A stretch of DNA of 64,000 bases from the NCBI GenBank assembly GCA_027604505.1, contig JADIIX010000107.1:1-64000 (forward strand), given 5' to 3'. Source of the stretch: Gonapodya sp. JEL0774. Its lineage: Eukaryota. Both the position numbers and the translations under genes were made by a program. This document shows, piece after piece, positions 23,801 to 36,361 of this stretch; the stretch's first letter is position 1, and every line of letters begins with the position of its first letter. Under the pieces are notes generated by a model. That model saw nothing but the letters and a program-made list of their open reading frames with translations, made no database searches and was not told the origin of the DNA.

Positions 23801-26567
23801 GTCTCAAACCTCGTCGCATTTAGATCCTCACGCATTTCTGTCCGGCGGACACCTACTGCAGCCAGGCTGACGTCAAGGACGTAAACTATAGTGTGAAAAA
23901 TCACAAGGATCTGGCAAATTCATCGGAAAGTCTGTTGTTGTTTGGGAATGGTGATGGTGGAGGTGGACCCAACGACGCGATGATCGAGAGGCTGTTAAGG
24001 ATGCAAGACGTGGTACGTATTATACAATCCGGATCAACGTTCTTGATGCTCATAATATTCACCTCTTGGAAAGGCTGGCCTGCCCAAGGTTGAATTTGGG
24101 TTAGTGCGAACATCTTGCTGATATCATTGATGCCAACCGAACTTCAACCCCATTGTAGCTCTCCAAACGAATTTTACAAGCGCCTCGAATCATCATCTCG
24201 AGATCTCTCAGTCTGGAAGGGTGAGCTGGTGAGTTTGCAGTTTCATATTCTATTCCTTTATACACTTACCTCACTTTCCGCAACTCAATTCAGTATTTTG
24301 AGCTGCACCGCGGGACGTACACCACCCATGCATCGACAAAGCGAAACAATCGCCAGTGCGAATATTTACTGAGAGACGTCGAATATTTTGGTGCTCTGGG
24401 ACTGACTCTTGGGATGACATCTTCGGGCCGAAAACAGCTGGAAACTCTGAGGTAATCGTAAGCAGAAGATTGCTTAGCTCTTAAATGCTGCACTCAACAT
24501 TGTCGCATCTCATTAGCTATCCGAAATCTAACATTGATCGTCTTTGGAAAATGGTGCTCCTGCAAGTGTCCCGAGCTGTCCATTTTTTCAATGATCGAAG
24601 GTCTGATGTAACTTTTGCTTCAGCAATCAGTTCCACGACGTACTTCCAGGTTCTTCTATCACTCAAGTTTACAAGGATACCGAATCAATGTACCAGGAGA
24701 TTCGGAAAGCTGGTAAATTTGTGTATAGTCCATTAGAGGAGGGATACAATTTTCAAACTCGCTCATGTTATTGCTTGAAGGGGTTGTTGTCTTGGACGAG
24801 GTTTTGGCACAGCTTCTTGAAGTTCTTGGAACGCCGCAGGCAGAAACTGCAAATACGAACAGGTCCGTTGTTGTTCATAACACAACTCGCTGGATGCGGT
24901 CAGAGGTGGTTGAGGTCCCCATCGATGCTGTGAGCGCTTCTTTATCGGATGCGTTTGTTCAGAAGAGCGCTGATGGCAAAATTGGTTTGGTGTATGGTAT
25001 GTGCTCCAGACATTGGTCGTCCCTTGACTGGACAACATCTCATACCAGTCCATTCTAGTACCAGACATCCCCTCCTTCGGATATCGAGTGATAGATTTAA
25101 CCCGGCCGCATCCCATACCCAGCTCAGTCGTAGGTGCGTGATCCACGAAACTCCACTCAGTCGAACATTTATTACACCTTTGGTCTGTAGTGTCGACTGC
25201 TGATGATGGCACCTTCTTTATGGAAAACGATTTTCTCACCCTTTCTGTCGACGTTCGTGGGCGCATCTGCAGTTTGGTGGATAAATCTACCGGGAGGAAT
25301 GCAATTGCCAGTGGTGGATTGGGCAACGTCTTCAAAATATATGAGGATGTCCCTCTGTTTTGGGATGCATGGGACGTCGAGATATATCACCTTGAGAAGG
25401 GTTGGGACGCTGTTACGGGGAGCGTTGCCATTTCTGAAAAAGGTCCTGCGAGGGCAGTTCTTGTCGCGAGACACCCGATTACGACAACCAGCAGCCTCAC
25501 CCAGAAAATAATTCTGACTGCCACGTCTCGAATGGTGGAGTTTGAAACAGAAGTAGAATGGCAAGAGAATCGGCGGTTCTTGGTACGTTTTTTTGTTGTT
25601 GTATGTATCTGGTGTGTTCTAGATTCCGCTGCTCTGATTCTGAACCAACAGAAAGTAGAATTTCAATTTGACATTGTGTCGGATTTCGCAACCTATGAGA
25701 CAGCTTTTGGATCACTCCAGCGTCCAACGCATGCCAACACAAGCTGGGACATTGCCAAGTTTGAGGTAACTACTTCGCCTGTTGGTGTCCATCAATTTAT
25801 GTGAATGCTCATTTGATGCAAGTATAGGTTTGTGGCCACAAATTTGCTGATCTCTCTGAGTTTGGTTTTGGATGCGCCATTTTGAACGACTGCAAATACG
25901 GTTACGCCACCCGAGACAACACCATGCGATTGTCGCTCATCCGATCTCCAAAGTCGCCTGATGACACATGTGATATGGGGCATCACACTTTTCGCTATGC
26001 GGTCTACCCCCACAAGGGAACATTCGCTGAGAGTGATGTGGTGAAAATGGGGTATCAGTTCAATGTTCAGTCTGTGGTGAAACTATCCACATCATCGCCT
26101 GAGATCGCCCAGTCATTCTTCCAAGTGGAGTCCGAAAATGTCGTGCTTGATACAATTAAGCTCGCGGAAGATGATCTGGGTGCCGTAATCATTCGCTTGT
26201 ATGACGCTTATGGTGGGAGGAGTCGTGTTACCGTGAAAACGTAAGTACTTCGGCAGCTTGGTGCGCAGTTCGTGCGGAACTCAATTGCGCCGTTCTGTAA
26301 AAAGCATCCTCCCACTAATTGGTGTTGCGAAAACCAATGGCCTGGAAGATGAAGAGAGTCATCTTGAGTTCTACACTGATGGTGGTGTTGCTTGTTTCTC
26401 ATTTGATGTCCAACCGTTTAAAGTAAGTGTATGTACCGCGATCCACTTTCCATATGTACCCAACGTGCTCCGAATCACAGATTGTAACTTTGAAGCTGAG
26501 TTTACCCAAGCGTATTCCCTCTCCCAACCCCAGTGACGATTGGGAGCGCATTGATTACAAATTGTGA
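20894..26567 (+). CDS. AMS1: Alpha-mannosidase, GH38 (Ams1/MAN2C1 type), multi-exon
   Basis: FGPTWHTYWF (GPSWHIYHH region), IGHCHIDT/AWLWP, GGTWVEMDCN, FWLPD/FGYS, KLSWNNINKFPH, LFGNGDGGGGP, NQFHDVLPGSS, WDAWDVE, RPTHANTSWDIAKFEVCGHKFADLSE, LNDCKYGY. The start codon is approximate. Confidence 0.95.
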
Positions 26568-26821
26568 GGTCGTTTAGGTTTGACCTCCAACCTGCCTGTC
26601 ATTGAATACATTCTTCGTTGGAAGTGATTCAGAAAAGTACGACCATGAGCCTTTCACTATCAATGCTGCCACTTCCTCTTGTCTTCCATCTGGCGAAGGG
26701 ACCGTCAGAACAAGTTTTCTAAAAACACTATCTTTTAATTTTCGCAGCTAGTACAATGCTAATCGGAAATGCAACTCCGATGTAAATACATTAATACGTA
26801 ACCTTGTGGTGTGCTGTGTTG

Positions 26822-29800
26822 CTAAACTGCAAAGCGGCGAAATACTGTCTTGCCTTGCATCATGCGCTTAAGGCCGAGTTTGCGGATTTTCTCCTTTGTG
26901 AGCTCATCCTTGACGACCATCGATTTTGAAATATGAACAAAGAGGTTCGCAAAAGGGATAGGATTCCCGTTGCGTGGGTTGAGAATCGGAACTGAAACGA
27001 GACTCGTCATCGCTCGTCTGATTTCCGTCCAAAGTGTTTTTTCTCACCGTTTCGATAGCCCAATTCCATATTTGGGAGGTATATTGCGTAAGTGCCCACC
27101 AACTCTGACGATCCAAGAGTGCCATAATGAAAAATATTGAAGCTTGGAAACACCGATTCTTGACATCCACACGATCAGGAAATAAAAAAATTCGCTTATC
27201 ACGTACATCAGAAAAGACGTATGCCAACGACCAAAATCAATCTCCACCGTCGTGTCCCAGCGGGGGTTGAACCTGGGCGCCCGTCGTTGTCGTTCAGGAT
27301 GGAGAATAAAACGTCTTTCCTTTTGAAAAACATACCCGTTGTCATCTCTTCTCCTTGTCGAAAAGTCCGTGCAATCATCGTCAGAGTCAGAATCCACCAT
27401 GCGATCGGATTCCGAAGCCATTCCAGCCACAAACTTAGCACCTGGCGTATGGTCTTGGCGCGTGATGACATGAACGAAAGGACCACACCCACGAAGCTGC
27501 ACATAAGGATTTATAATGTCTCGCTTTTCTGGCTTGGGAAGATGTTGACCGGAAATAATCTGCAAGCGCGTTAATGATCCTTTAGTTGCTTCAGGAACAT
27601 TTCGCACGGACTAAGAACCTTAACGGTGAGTCTCGTCCACTCCACGGCAGTGTCCACGCAGCGCCCAAAAGAGTCCGGGTTTCGGTACCACTCGGGTTTC
27701 AACACATATCCCGTTCCACCATTTGATCTGAACAGGGCATCTGAAATTTGGCGCCCCTGATCGTACGTCTGAAAATTCATAGCAACGAGTTGAAACCCCA
27801 TATCCCAGAAAAATTCTGGATGCAGGTTGGAAGAGTCGAATCGGGATCCGGCAGGGAACAACCGAATTAGCTGCCGAGAAGAAAGGGAGACCATATCGCG
27901 CCACTGAGTGCTCGCGAAAAACATCCCTTTGGACTCAGATATAGCTGTTACGTAGCGAACATCGGCTGTGGCTAATGGAAGTGTACATTTCAGTTTCAGT
28001 TGCAAATGCCTGTGCCACCGAGTCTAGCCAACTTACGAAGAAGACTGTCTATGCTTTTCCCTCGCAGTTTCTTTGCTTGAGCATAAACAATGAGCTCAGA
28101 GAGCTCTGGGGCAACTTTCCTGTTAGATGACTCCTGTTCCTTCTCAATCGCGGCAAAAACCACTTCCCGGAATCGCTGTCGAATCCTCTCACGTTCCCGC
28201 TCCCGCTGAACCTCTCTATCCATATCGCGTGGAAGGACTTGGGATGGGCCGAAGCCCTCAAATCGATTAAACACAGGGTCTTCGGAAGGGGTAGACACTC
28301 CAACCACGGTAAAGCGCTCCATTTCCGTGGCAACGCTGAGTCTTGCCTCAAACATGCGACCTTCATCAAGGTCAGATGTTGAGCACAACGGTGGGGGATC
28401 GGAGGAGTCCTCATCGTCTCCCCAGCAATTAAGAGACTCTGAGGTCGAGTCGACAAGGGGGTCGGGCGTTTGACACTTGGAACCCTACACGTCAGCTGTC
28501 AATATCACACATTCTACCGTTGCTTATAGGTTTTGAACTCTCACTTTTAGTATGACTTTCCTGAACAAGGCAGCGGGACTTACGATCTCTCCCTTACCCA
28601 GAGGCTCGGTGAGCAGCATTTCGCCAAGCTCATCTCGAAAGACACGAGCGAGCACCGCCTGCTGTTTCCGGGACAAAAATGTCAGCTCCAGCGAAACTAT
28701 AATCGGATAATCAGAAGCCACGAAGCCAAACGTTCTAATGGCTTTGACAACAGGGCGAAGCTGGATGCGTGGGGTTCTGCGCGAGGAGAAGAAAGGGTGG
28801 GCTGCCGAAAGACGCAACGAAGGTCAATGTGCCTTACTGACATGGAATATTTGTGGTAGACTAATGGCTCTCCATCAGGTCCGTCGAAGCAATCAACTAC
28901 AGCATTGCCATTTACGAAGGCAAGATCACAAATTTTGGTCAGGCCACTCATACCCAAACGAGTTTATAGCACCAACTTACTTTCCACACTTCTACAACCG
29001 GTGAGTAAGCAGCGTATGTAGGCCTCCACGCTGACATTGCCTTTGAGCTGGTGACCTTCAAGGTAAGTATTATGGCTGGAGGATATCCAATAGTCAGTCA
29101 ATGGGTGGCCCATCGAATCGAGGCGAAGGAGAGAGGCGGAAGGTCTGAAGAGGGGATTATGGTGTGGTGATGAGAAGAAGGATGAAAACTGATGAGGCTC
29201 CTGTGGTTGAAAACAGTTATGAACTGCGTGGGTCGACAAGTGTGAAGCGATTATCATACCATGATGCCGTCCTCAGAGTATTCGTCAAATATCTGTCTGA
29301 GCTCAACGAAGGATAGCTCACTCTGGACAGTTTGCGTCAGGAGCAAACCAAGTTGAGGAGGGAGAATGTACGGTCCAGTTTTAAACAAAGCACACAACAG
29401 GCTACCTCACGAGAGAGGTTCGAAAAGCTCGACTCACTTTCTGCACATTCTGCATGAAGTTCTCAAATGCAGAGTAATCCATACGCTTTCCGGAGTCCTC
29501 TGTGAAACGTTCGATTGACCCGACAAAAGTAAAGTAAATATCGTCGATGTCAGATCTTGCTCGGAGCTTCACACAAAGCTCGCGGAATTCCGGGAACGAA
29601 AGGGTACCGGAATTATCAGAGTCCGCGAACTGAATTGTGCACTGGTCAGGCATGTCACTTCAGAACATAGTTAGAACTGGAGAGTACCTTCCACATTTCT
29701 TCGAACTGCGCCTTGGAGAGGTCTACGTTGATTTCCCGCATGAGCGAGTCTAGTTCCCTTCGCCCCAGTTCCGCCTCTAATCCACGTCCTCGGACACCAC

Positions 29801-30764
29801 CGGCCTTGCTCCACGCTCGGAGTAAAAAGGTGTCGAGGTCGGGTTCCGGTAGAGTTAATGCACCAAAACATAGTGAGTGAAGAGCTGAAGAATAGGCTCG
29901 AGGATGCGAGGGAGGTGGTACCGCTGATACACGGAATTGTTCATTCGGGCAACAATAGCAGGAGTAGGTTGACAGGTTCTCACAAAATTCAGCCTTCTTC
30001 CATTTTGCTTTTTGGATGTAGCTTTATCAGGTGAGACATGCGTCACTCCATATGAGTCTAACGGCCATATCGCCCAAAACGGTCGGGTGCTCACATCACC
30101 GACAACGTGGGGAGCCCACCAAAGGACCCAACATTTTCCGAGGTTCGAATTTCCTTAATCTCGTGGATGAACACTATTGGGGTTAGCTCGAAGTTAGAGC
30201 TCTTGTTCGTGCGTGTTCCGAACCCGACCACACAATTACACTGTGCAACAGTGAAATCCCCCAGTTTGAATGACGCACCCGCTTTGAACCTTGTATCCAT
30301 TTCCTTAGTGGCTATTCTCAACAATCGAGTTGCCAAAAGTGGTCGCTTTTTCTCGATATACAGTACTCCAGAAGGGCGGTCAAACTGAAGGTGAATCCAC
30401 CGTGGTGACAGCACTGTCAGCGTTATGGTTCATCACAGCAAGTATTGGTTCGAGATCGCATCCTTTTTAAAAATGAGCTCTGTGTTTGCCCCGGTATTCC
30501 ATCCGAAAAGAGAGCATCATCTTGGACCCGTGCGCAAGCACTGTCCTCGAATGCTTGTCCGAAACCATGTTGCTCCACCGCCTTATCAGCTCTACTAACT
30601 CTGACTAGTCTCGGTTCAATACCGCCCGATTTGGTAAGCTTTTTCAGCACCACTCCACCTGACAACTCATCCTCCAGAGTCCGCGAAGTCGCATCCGCAT
30701 TCTCCCCCACCTCACACAGAGAAATCACGGGGGGAACGATCGATTCTACATGGACGGCACTCAT
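26822..30764 (-). CDS. PLC1: Phosphoinositide-specific phospholipase C (PH, EF-hand, X, Y, C2 domains), multi-exon
   Basis: X-box [21 protein letters not shown]...[10 protein letters not shown] / [25 protein letters not shown]-box [15 protein letters not shown]...[13 protein letters not shown]-hand [14 protein letters not shown]2 [10 protein letters not shown]...FNPRWD. Confidence 0.93.
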
Positions 30765-32305
30765 CAGCGGCCGCCACGGGTTTGTGGCAGCGAGGGAGCC
30801 AGTTTAAAATAAACTGTACCAAGTTGGGGTAAAATCAAGTTCCGATGCTGACATGATCTAAACCTGCCCTCTGCACCAGCTTCGAAAAGTACGTCATCAA
30901 TACAAGGAACTATCGGGTATACACACTTCAGCTCCAATCTTGACACGTTCCTTACTACTTTAGAAGTAAGAACGTGTTAGCTGCAGGTGATAGGAGGAAA
31001 TTGAAACAAAAGTGAAGAAGGTTCCCGTTGTTTACGATTCTCTCATGAGATAAGAATCCCAGTCAGCTCGAACGCCGAGCCCAAACAAAAGCTTCGGATG
31101 TTTGAGATCTATTGATGCCTCCGGAAGCTCGCGCAAAGGAACAGATATGTAAATGGGTGGGTAAAGATTATCGATTTCACCAGTTCATCGACAGAACTGC
31201 GAGTCGCAAGATAAATAAATACTGGCTGCCCTGTTGTGAACACGTGTGAATTGAGCGATCGGTGGGCCTACGTACTTCGAAAGGCGAGCCATAAAGTCTT
31301 CTTCGTTACTTCATTCCACGAAGCAACTGCTCTTGATTATTGTTCTGCATATCAATCATTTTTCCGACTTGAAAACTGCATGTTACATGGAAGCCACTTT
31401 GAGTCGTGTCAACATATCCACCAAATCCCATTCTATTGGCTTCCCGACATCGGCTACCGTGGGAAACTTGCAGTCCAAATTTCATTCTCGTTCACACCGC
31501 CTTTTCGATCTTCTTCAGCTCCTTCACTTCCTCCTCCGTACCAGCATTTTCGACTTGGCGAATCACACCAGGATAAAGGTCCGCCGAGACGGAGACCGGA
31601 GACGGGATCGGAGTTGGTAGGTGGAAAGGAGGGAGGTTAGGTGAGCGGAGACCTGATACATGTAACGGTGTCAGAGAGGAACGGGGCGGTAGATTGGAGG
31701 AAGCAAGTGGAAATTCGGTGGTTAGCATCATCGGTTGCTCGAAGTGAACTGAACTGAATTAAACAACCACCACACCACTGTCACAACATCACCCTCCTTT
31801 CATTGGTTGTTACGCAATACACTTGCGCTTAGTTGCCATAGTACGGCAAGAGCATGTACAGCAGAGCGCGACAAATTGTGATACATCACGTTATCCGTTG
31901 CACGTTCATCAAGGATCTTCCTCGACTAAATGAGGAAACAAAGAGATAACGCACCTGGATAGAGCTCCGTTGTTGGTGGGTTCTGGTTCTTATCGGGGGG
32001 GTGCTGCTCGATGCGGTGCAGTGCTGCAACTTGTTCGGCCGTTCCCGAGTTCTCAATTGTGCGGATGGCAGCAGGGTAATAATCGGCTTATAGGAAACCG
32101 TTGAACGTGGAATGAAGCAAAGGATCGATCGGCAGTGTGTGGACAGAACTAAAAGATATCAACGTGTCTGGGAAACGCACCGTGCTTGCTTTCCAATTCA
32201 ATCGTCGCTGCGAGTTCCGAAAGTGGGCTCGTTACAGGAGGATTCATCTGGAATTGAGAATCAGTTCGTTGAAATGAGATCGAGTGTCTTGAAAGTTGTT
32301 GGTAG

Positions 32306-32558
32306 AGTTGTGGGGAGACTTTATATCCCAAGGGAGATGACTCATCACAATGAATGACATGATTTTGTAACAACACCCCAATGGAAATACACAGAGATCT
32401 CCAATCTGCTCTATAGCATTCATCTCGGCAAGAGTGGCAGTTGTGGGGAGACTTTATATTCCATGGGAGATGACTCATCACAATAATAAGGAATTACAAT
32501 ATTTTTGTAACGACACCCTAATGAAAATACACAGAAATCTCCAATCTACTCTATAGTA
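32306..32558 (+). repeat. Imperfect tandem duplication, ~133-bp unit, two copies; the second is interrupted by a TIR element
   Basis: AGTTGTGGGGAGACTTTATAT...GGGAGATGACTCATCACAAT...AAATACACAGA.ATCTCCAATCT.CTCTATAG occurs at 32306 and 32439. The unit's tail CATCTCGGCAAGAGT is at 32421 and reappears at 33122. Confidence 0.9.
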
Positions 32559-33113
32559 TATACCATGATTGAACGGCCACCCCAAAACGCGAGTACTTTC
32601 ATTTTCAAAATCACACTTTTCTTTTCAAAAGCACGTAATTTCGTAAGAAAAGTAAACTGTGGAAAACTAAATGTCAAAAGTACAAAAAAATCGTTTTCTC
32701 TTCTTCAGGGTCCTTGGCGGGGCCTTCATGTCAGTGCAGAAGGTGTTTCGTTCGCGGTGTTTCACTCACATTCGGCACCACCTCCTGCACAACCTCGTCA
32801 ATTTCACCATCGTCTCTCATCGTAACCCTGCCAATGCTACGCTTCTTCCGATATCTTCGAATGCTTCGCTCGGAACAGCCTTGTACGTCTCCGAGATTGG
32901 AGGTGTCCCCGGCGCTGAGCTGGCATCTCTCGGAGGCAGCGCCGTTAGGGGTTGTTGCACGAAATGTGTTTCCATTTGCACTTTTGCAAACATTCTATTT
33001 TCACTTTTACATTTAACGCCTTTCCCTCAAAAAAAAGACATTTTGAAAATGAAATGAACAAAATGGAATACGAAATAAAGTCAAAAGATGGGCGGCCGTT
33101 CGGTCATGGGCTA
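32559..33113. mobile_element. Non-autonomous DNA transposon / MITE-like element (~555 bp)
   Basis: 24-bp terminal inverted repeats (TATACCATGATTGAACGGCCACCC at 32559-32582 versus the reverse complement of 33090-33113, TAGCCCATGACCGAACGGCCGCCC; 19/24 identical). Flanking direct repeat ATAGTA at 32553-32558 and 33114-33119. Subterminal regions are AT-rich. Confidence 0.8.
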
Positions 33114-33268
33114 ATAGTATCCATCTCGGCAAGAGTCCGTTCCCAGAGAAAACATCATTAGTGTTACAAGCAGATGGGGACAAATGTTTGTAATTCATTT
33201 CCAGAATAACTTAAGAATATTTATCTAACAGTGCAAATACAATGATGAATGACGTTCACTGAATTGAT

Positions 33269-35256
33269 TTAGCCCTTCAATGCATCCAGCAAAATGTTGA
33301 CTTTCTCTAGAGCCAATCGAGGCTGATACTTATACGACATCAAGTAAACCTGAATCTCAGCGGCCGAAAACGCTTTCTCGGGTATCCGAGATGAGAAATT
33401 TTCAGCCAGCTCGTCGAGTTCCGCCTTGCTCAGCACTTCGGCCTCCTTGCTTTCCTTTTTTGTGGTTTCTTGATCATCATCATCAGCCACCTTGACTCCC
33501 TCCAAGGCCAATTTCATCCGCTGGGCAGCCGGAGCATCCTCTACACCGAAGAAGTTTTTGTAGAGGTTCTTGGCCTGGACACGACTCGCTTTATCGAAGC
33601 GAACACGAACATCAATGCGACCAGGTCGGATGAGAGCAGGGTCGAGTTGCTCAATATGATTTGTGCTTTTGGTAGAAGAGCCAAATACCGACAGTGCATC
33701 AATAAAGAGTCAATTGATTTGGTCATAGGCCAGGTAGCGTACTGCACTCACGTCATGCAAAGAATCCTGCCCTCCTGTGCTGCAACGCCGTCGATGGCAT
33801 TCAACAGACCGGAGAAAGTGATCCCTCTCGGAGTGCTATCATTGTTCCCTGCTTTGCCAGACTTCTCCTTATCCTCATCGCCGTCTAGCTGTTGCGCATC
33901 CCTGCTCTTGAAAGCTGCGTCCACATCTTCCAACAAGAGAACCGCGTGCGCGGGAGTCTCACACATCAGATCCAAAAGCATCTGATCCGTGAGATTCTTG
34001 TTGGACAGACTGATCACGTAGATGTTGAAGCGAAGGTGTCCAGCAAGGGCGGCAATGAACGAGGTCTATGCTCGGGGACCGAATTGGGGGGAGAAATGAG
34101 CATTGGACGATCTTTCAAGGCGGTCAGTTTATGCAAAATCACCTTCCCAGTGCCCGGAGGACCATAGAGAAGGTAACCCCTTCGATAAGGGATTCCCCGA
34201 TCCGCGTACCATTTCTCTGAGTGTAGGAATTCAATGACATCAGACAAGATGCGGTTCTTGAGCCCACGATCGAGGACAATCGTGGAGAGTGGACGAATCG
34301 GGCGAGACCGCTGTCGAGTTGGACATCCATTGAGTCGTTGTGACACTTGTAGCAATCCAACGAATCGGTATTCTACCCACCGTACGCCTCCAATCACCGT
34401 ACTGATCCGAGGAGTGAACCACCGTCCTCCCCTTTTCCGCTTCGAGCCACTTCTTCTGCGCCTCGTTCACGAGCTGCTCGATGATGGCGCGACTCCCGAA
34501 CGCGGAGATGGTGATGACCTCGGTGGGGGCGACGGAAGCGCCAGATTCGTTGGGCTGGTTGCGAACGCGAGTGAGGTAGAGCAAGTGGGATTTGAACCAA
34601 ATCACGTGGGCGCCGGGATTGGGCAAGTAGTACACGGGCTGGAGGTCGTCGGGGTCCTTGAAGATGGTGAGATCGTCGCCGCCCATGTGCAATTCCGACC
34701 GCCGTCCTGCAATGTCAGAAACTACAGAGAAACGGGTTGTGGTGCGGGAGCTGGGATGGTCTGCTAAGAACCCGAGAATCCAACTGGTGGGTTGGCGTTG
34801 GATGGATACGGCGCCGACATGAAAAAATGAAAAGCAAAAAATCATGTAAATCAGAACACATCAAGATTGCAGATACGTTCTCTTCTTGACTCAGAATTTC
34901 ATTTACTCACGAAAAGGTGTTATCTCTGTCATCAAACTCTGCTGTGACGATCCAATCCCGTTTGACGGACTCAATACAATAGTCCACGAACCTCATGAAA
35001 AAGGCGAAGACGGCACCCAAGATGGCAAGAGTTACACCTGAAAATTGATAGAGAAGGGTTGATGACCATAATCGCAAGAATCGGTCAGAGGATTGTCGTT
35101 TAGGACGCGGAAACGTTCCAAAGGGCGATCTCTTTTCAACTCACCTCCCGCGGTGAACTGATTCCCCCAATCGATGACCGAAACGCTCTTCCAGAGTGCC
35201 TCCTTCATCACTCCTGCCCCGTTGAGCACCAGCGAATGTGTGACGTTGTCGAACAT
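33269..35256 (-). CDS. BCS1: Mitochondrial BCS1-family AAA ATPase, multi-exon
   Basis: NQFTAGG plus [96 protein letters not shown]. It could be a BCS1 paralog rather than the ortholog. Confidence 0.88.
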
Positions 35257-35701
35257 AGTGGTCGGAACCGCCTCTAAGACCGCGCAGGCACCGGGAAAGA
35301 GCGATCCGGAGGCAGCGTGAGTGCGGAGGGAGGTCAAATTCATTCGAGAACCCACGAGAGGTGGATGTGATGGGGACTCACGGGGTGTTGCTTTATATGT
35401 GTGTTCGAGGGAGAGGGGCAAGTGTCCCTTTTGATCTCGCCTGCCCTCAGCATAAACATTCAACATGCAGGGCGAGAGGAAGGGCAAATGCGAGAATGTT
35501 TCACAGTGTACTCTATGCATAATGCCATCAAGTATAAGGAGTAACCACTGCAGTATCGTGTTCAACCATGTGATAGGTTTGGTAGCCAGACGACGAGTAC
35601 ATGATCGACGACTGAAAATCCTAAGCCTTTCAGTAACAAAAATACATAGTACGATCAAAAACTGCGTGCAATGACAAACCAATAACATTGTTTGCGCATG
35701 T

Positions 35702-36361
35702 CTATGATCCGTCTCTCAAATCTGATGGGGCACCAACTTCGAACTTAATCTGGTCAAACGTCGTCTGGCAACCATCACCCTTGGGTGCCTGGACCTCGAA
35801 TCCAACCTTATCCTTCGCGTCCTCACTCTCCCCTTCATCGCCCAGAGTGAAGTATCTCAACAAACTCCACCAACGCGGTTCCTCGGCACCACCATCGAGA
35901 TTCTCGGTGGACGCATGCAAGGCCCACGCTCGGCCGGATCTGGTGATTCGGAACCAAATCACGTTGCCGTCGACGAGGAAGTGGTTGGAATCGTCCGACC
36001 TGCCACGGGTGACGACTGTTACGGCGCTAGGTTTGTGCTGTGGGGTGAATTCGAAGCAGAGTTTGGCCCATGTATCAACGGATCGGTGAATGATGAGAAC
36101 GCCCGCGTCGAACGTGGAGTTGAATCCGACGGTGAGACGGGCCGTCAAGCGGAAATCACCGGTGGGAGGGATCCCGAGGAGCTTGGACGCGTCTGAGATT
36201 CCATTGAGATCGCCAAACGGGTTTGTCGGGGGCAGAAACATATCAGTTTTGGCGGGGGCGGTGGCTGTGAGGCGGCCGTCAGTGAAGGTCCAGCTTGCAG
36301 CAGGCCCGTGGGGGGAGAAGGTGAAGGGAACAGTGGGAATGGTCGTCACGGACGATGCCAT
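35702..36361 (-). CDS. DUF1349 (Ree1-like, concanavalin/beta-sandwich) protein, single exon, bacterial type
   Basis: TATAPAKTDMF, GDFRLTARLTVGFNSTFDAGVL, WAKLCFE, TVVTRGRSDDSN, LLRYF, VGFEVQAPKGDGCQTTF, C-terminal LRDGS*. Confidence 0.85.
   Translation of the reverse strand: MASSVTTIPTVPFTFSPHGPAASWTFTDGRLTATAPAKTDMFLPPTNPFGDLNGISDASKLLGIPPTGDFRLTARLTVGFNSTFDAGVLIIHRSVDTWAKLCFEFTPQHKPSAVTVVTRGRSDDSNHFLVDGNVIWFRITRSGRAWALHASTENLDGGAEEPRWWSLLRYFTLGDEGESEDAKDKVGFEVQAPKGDGCQTTFDQIKFEVGAPSDLRDGS

Noticed and set aside
26556..26567. C-terminal YKL of the mannosidase as a peroxisomal PTS1
   Set aside because: Tyr at -3 is a poor fit and the upstream context is acidic rather than basic. The AIM-like reading fits known Ams1 biology better.
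32306..32558. Possible CRISPR-like repeat-spacer array
   Set aside because: There are only two long diverged copies, no unique spacers, no cas genes, and the context is eukaryotic.
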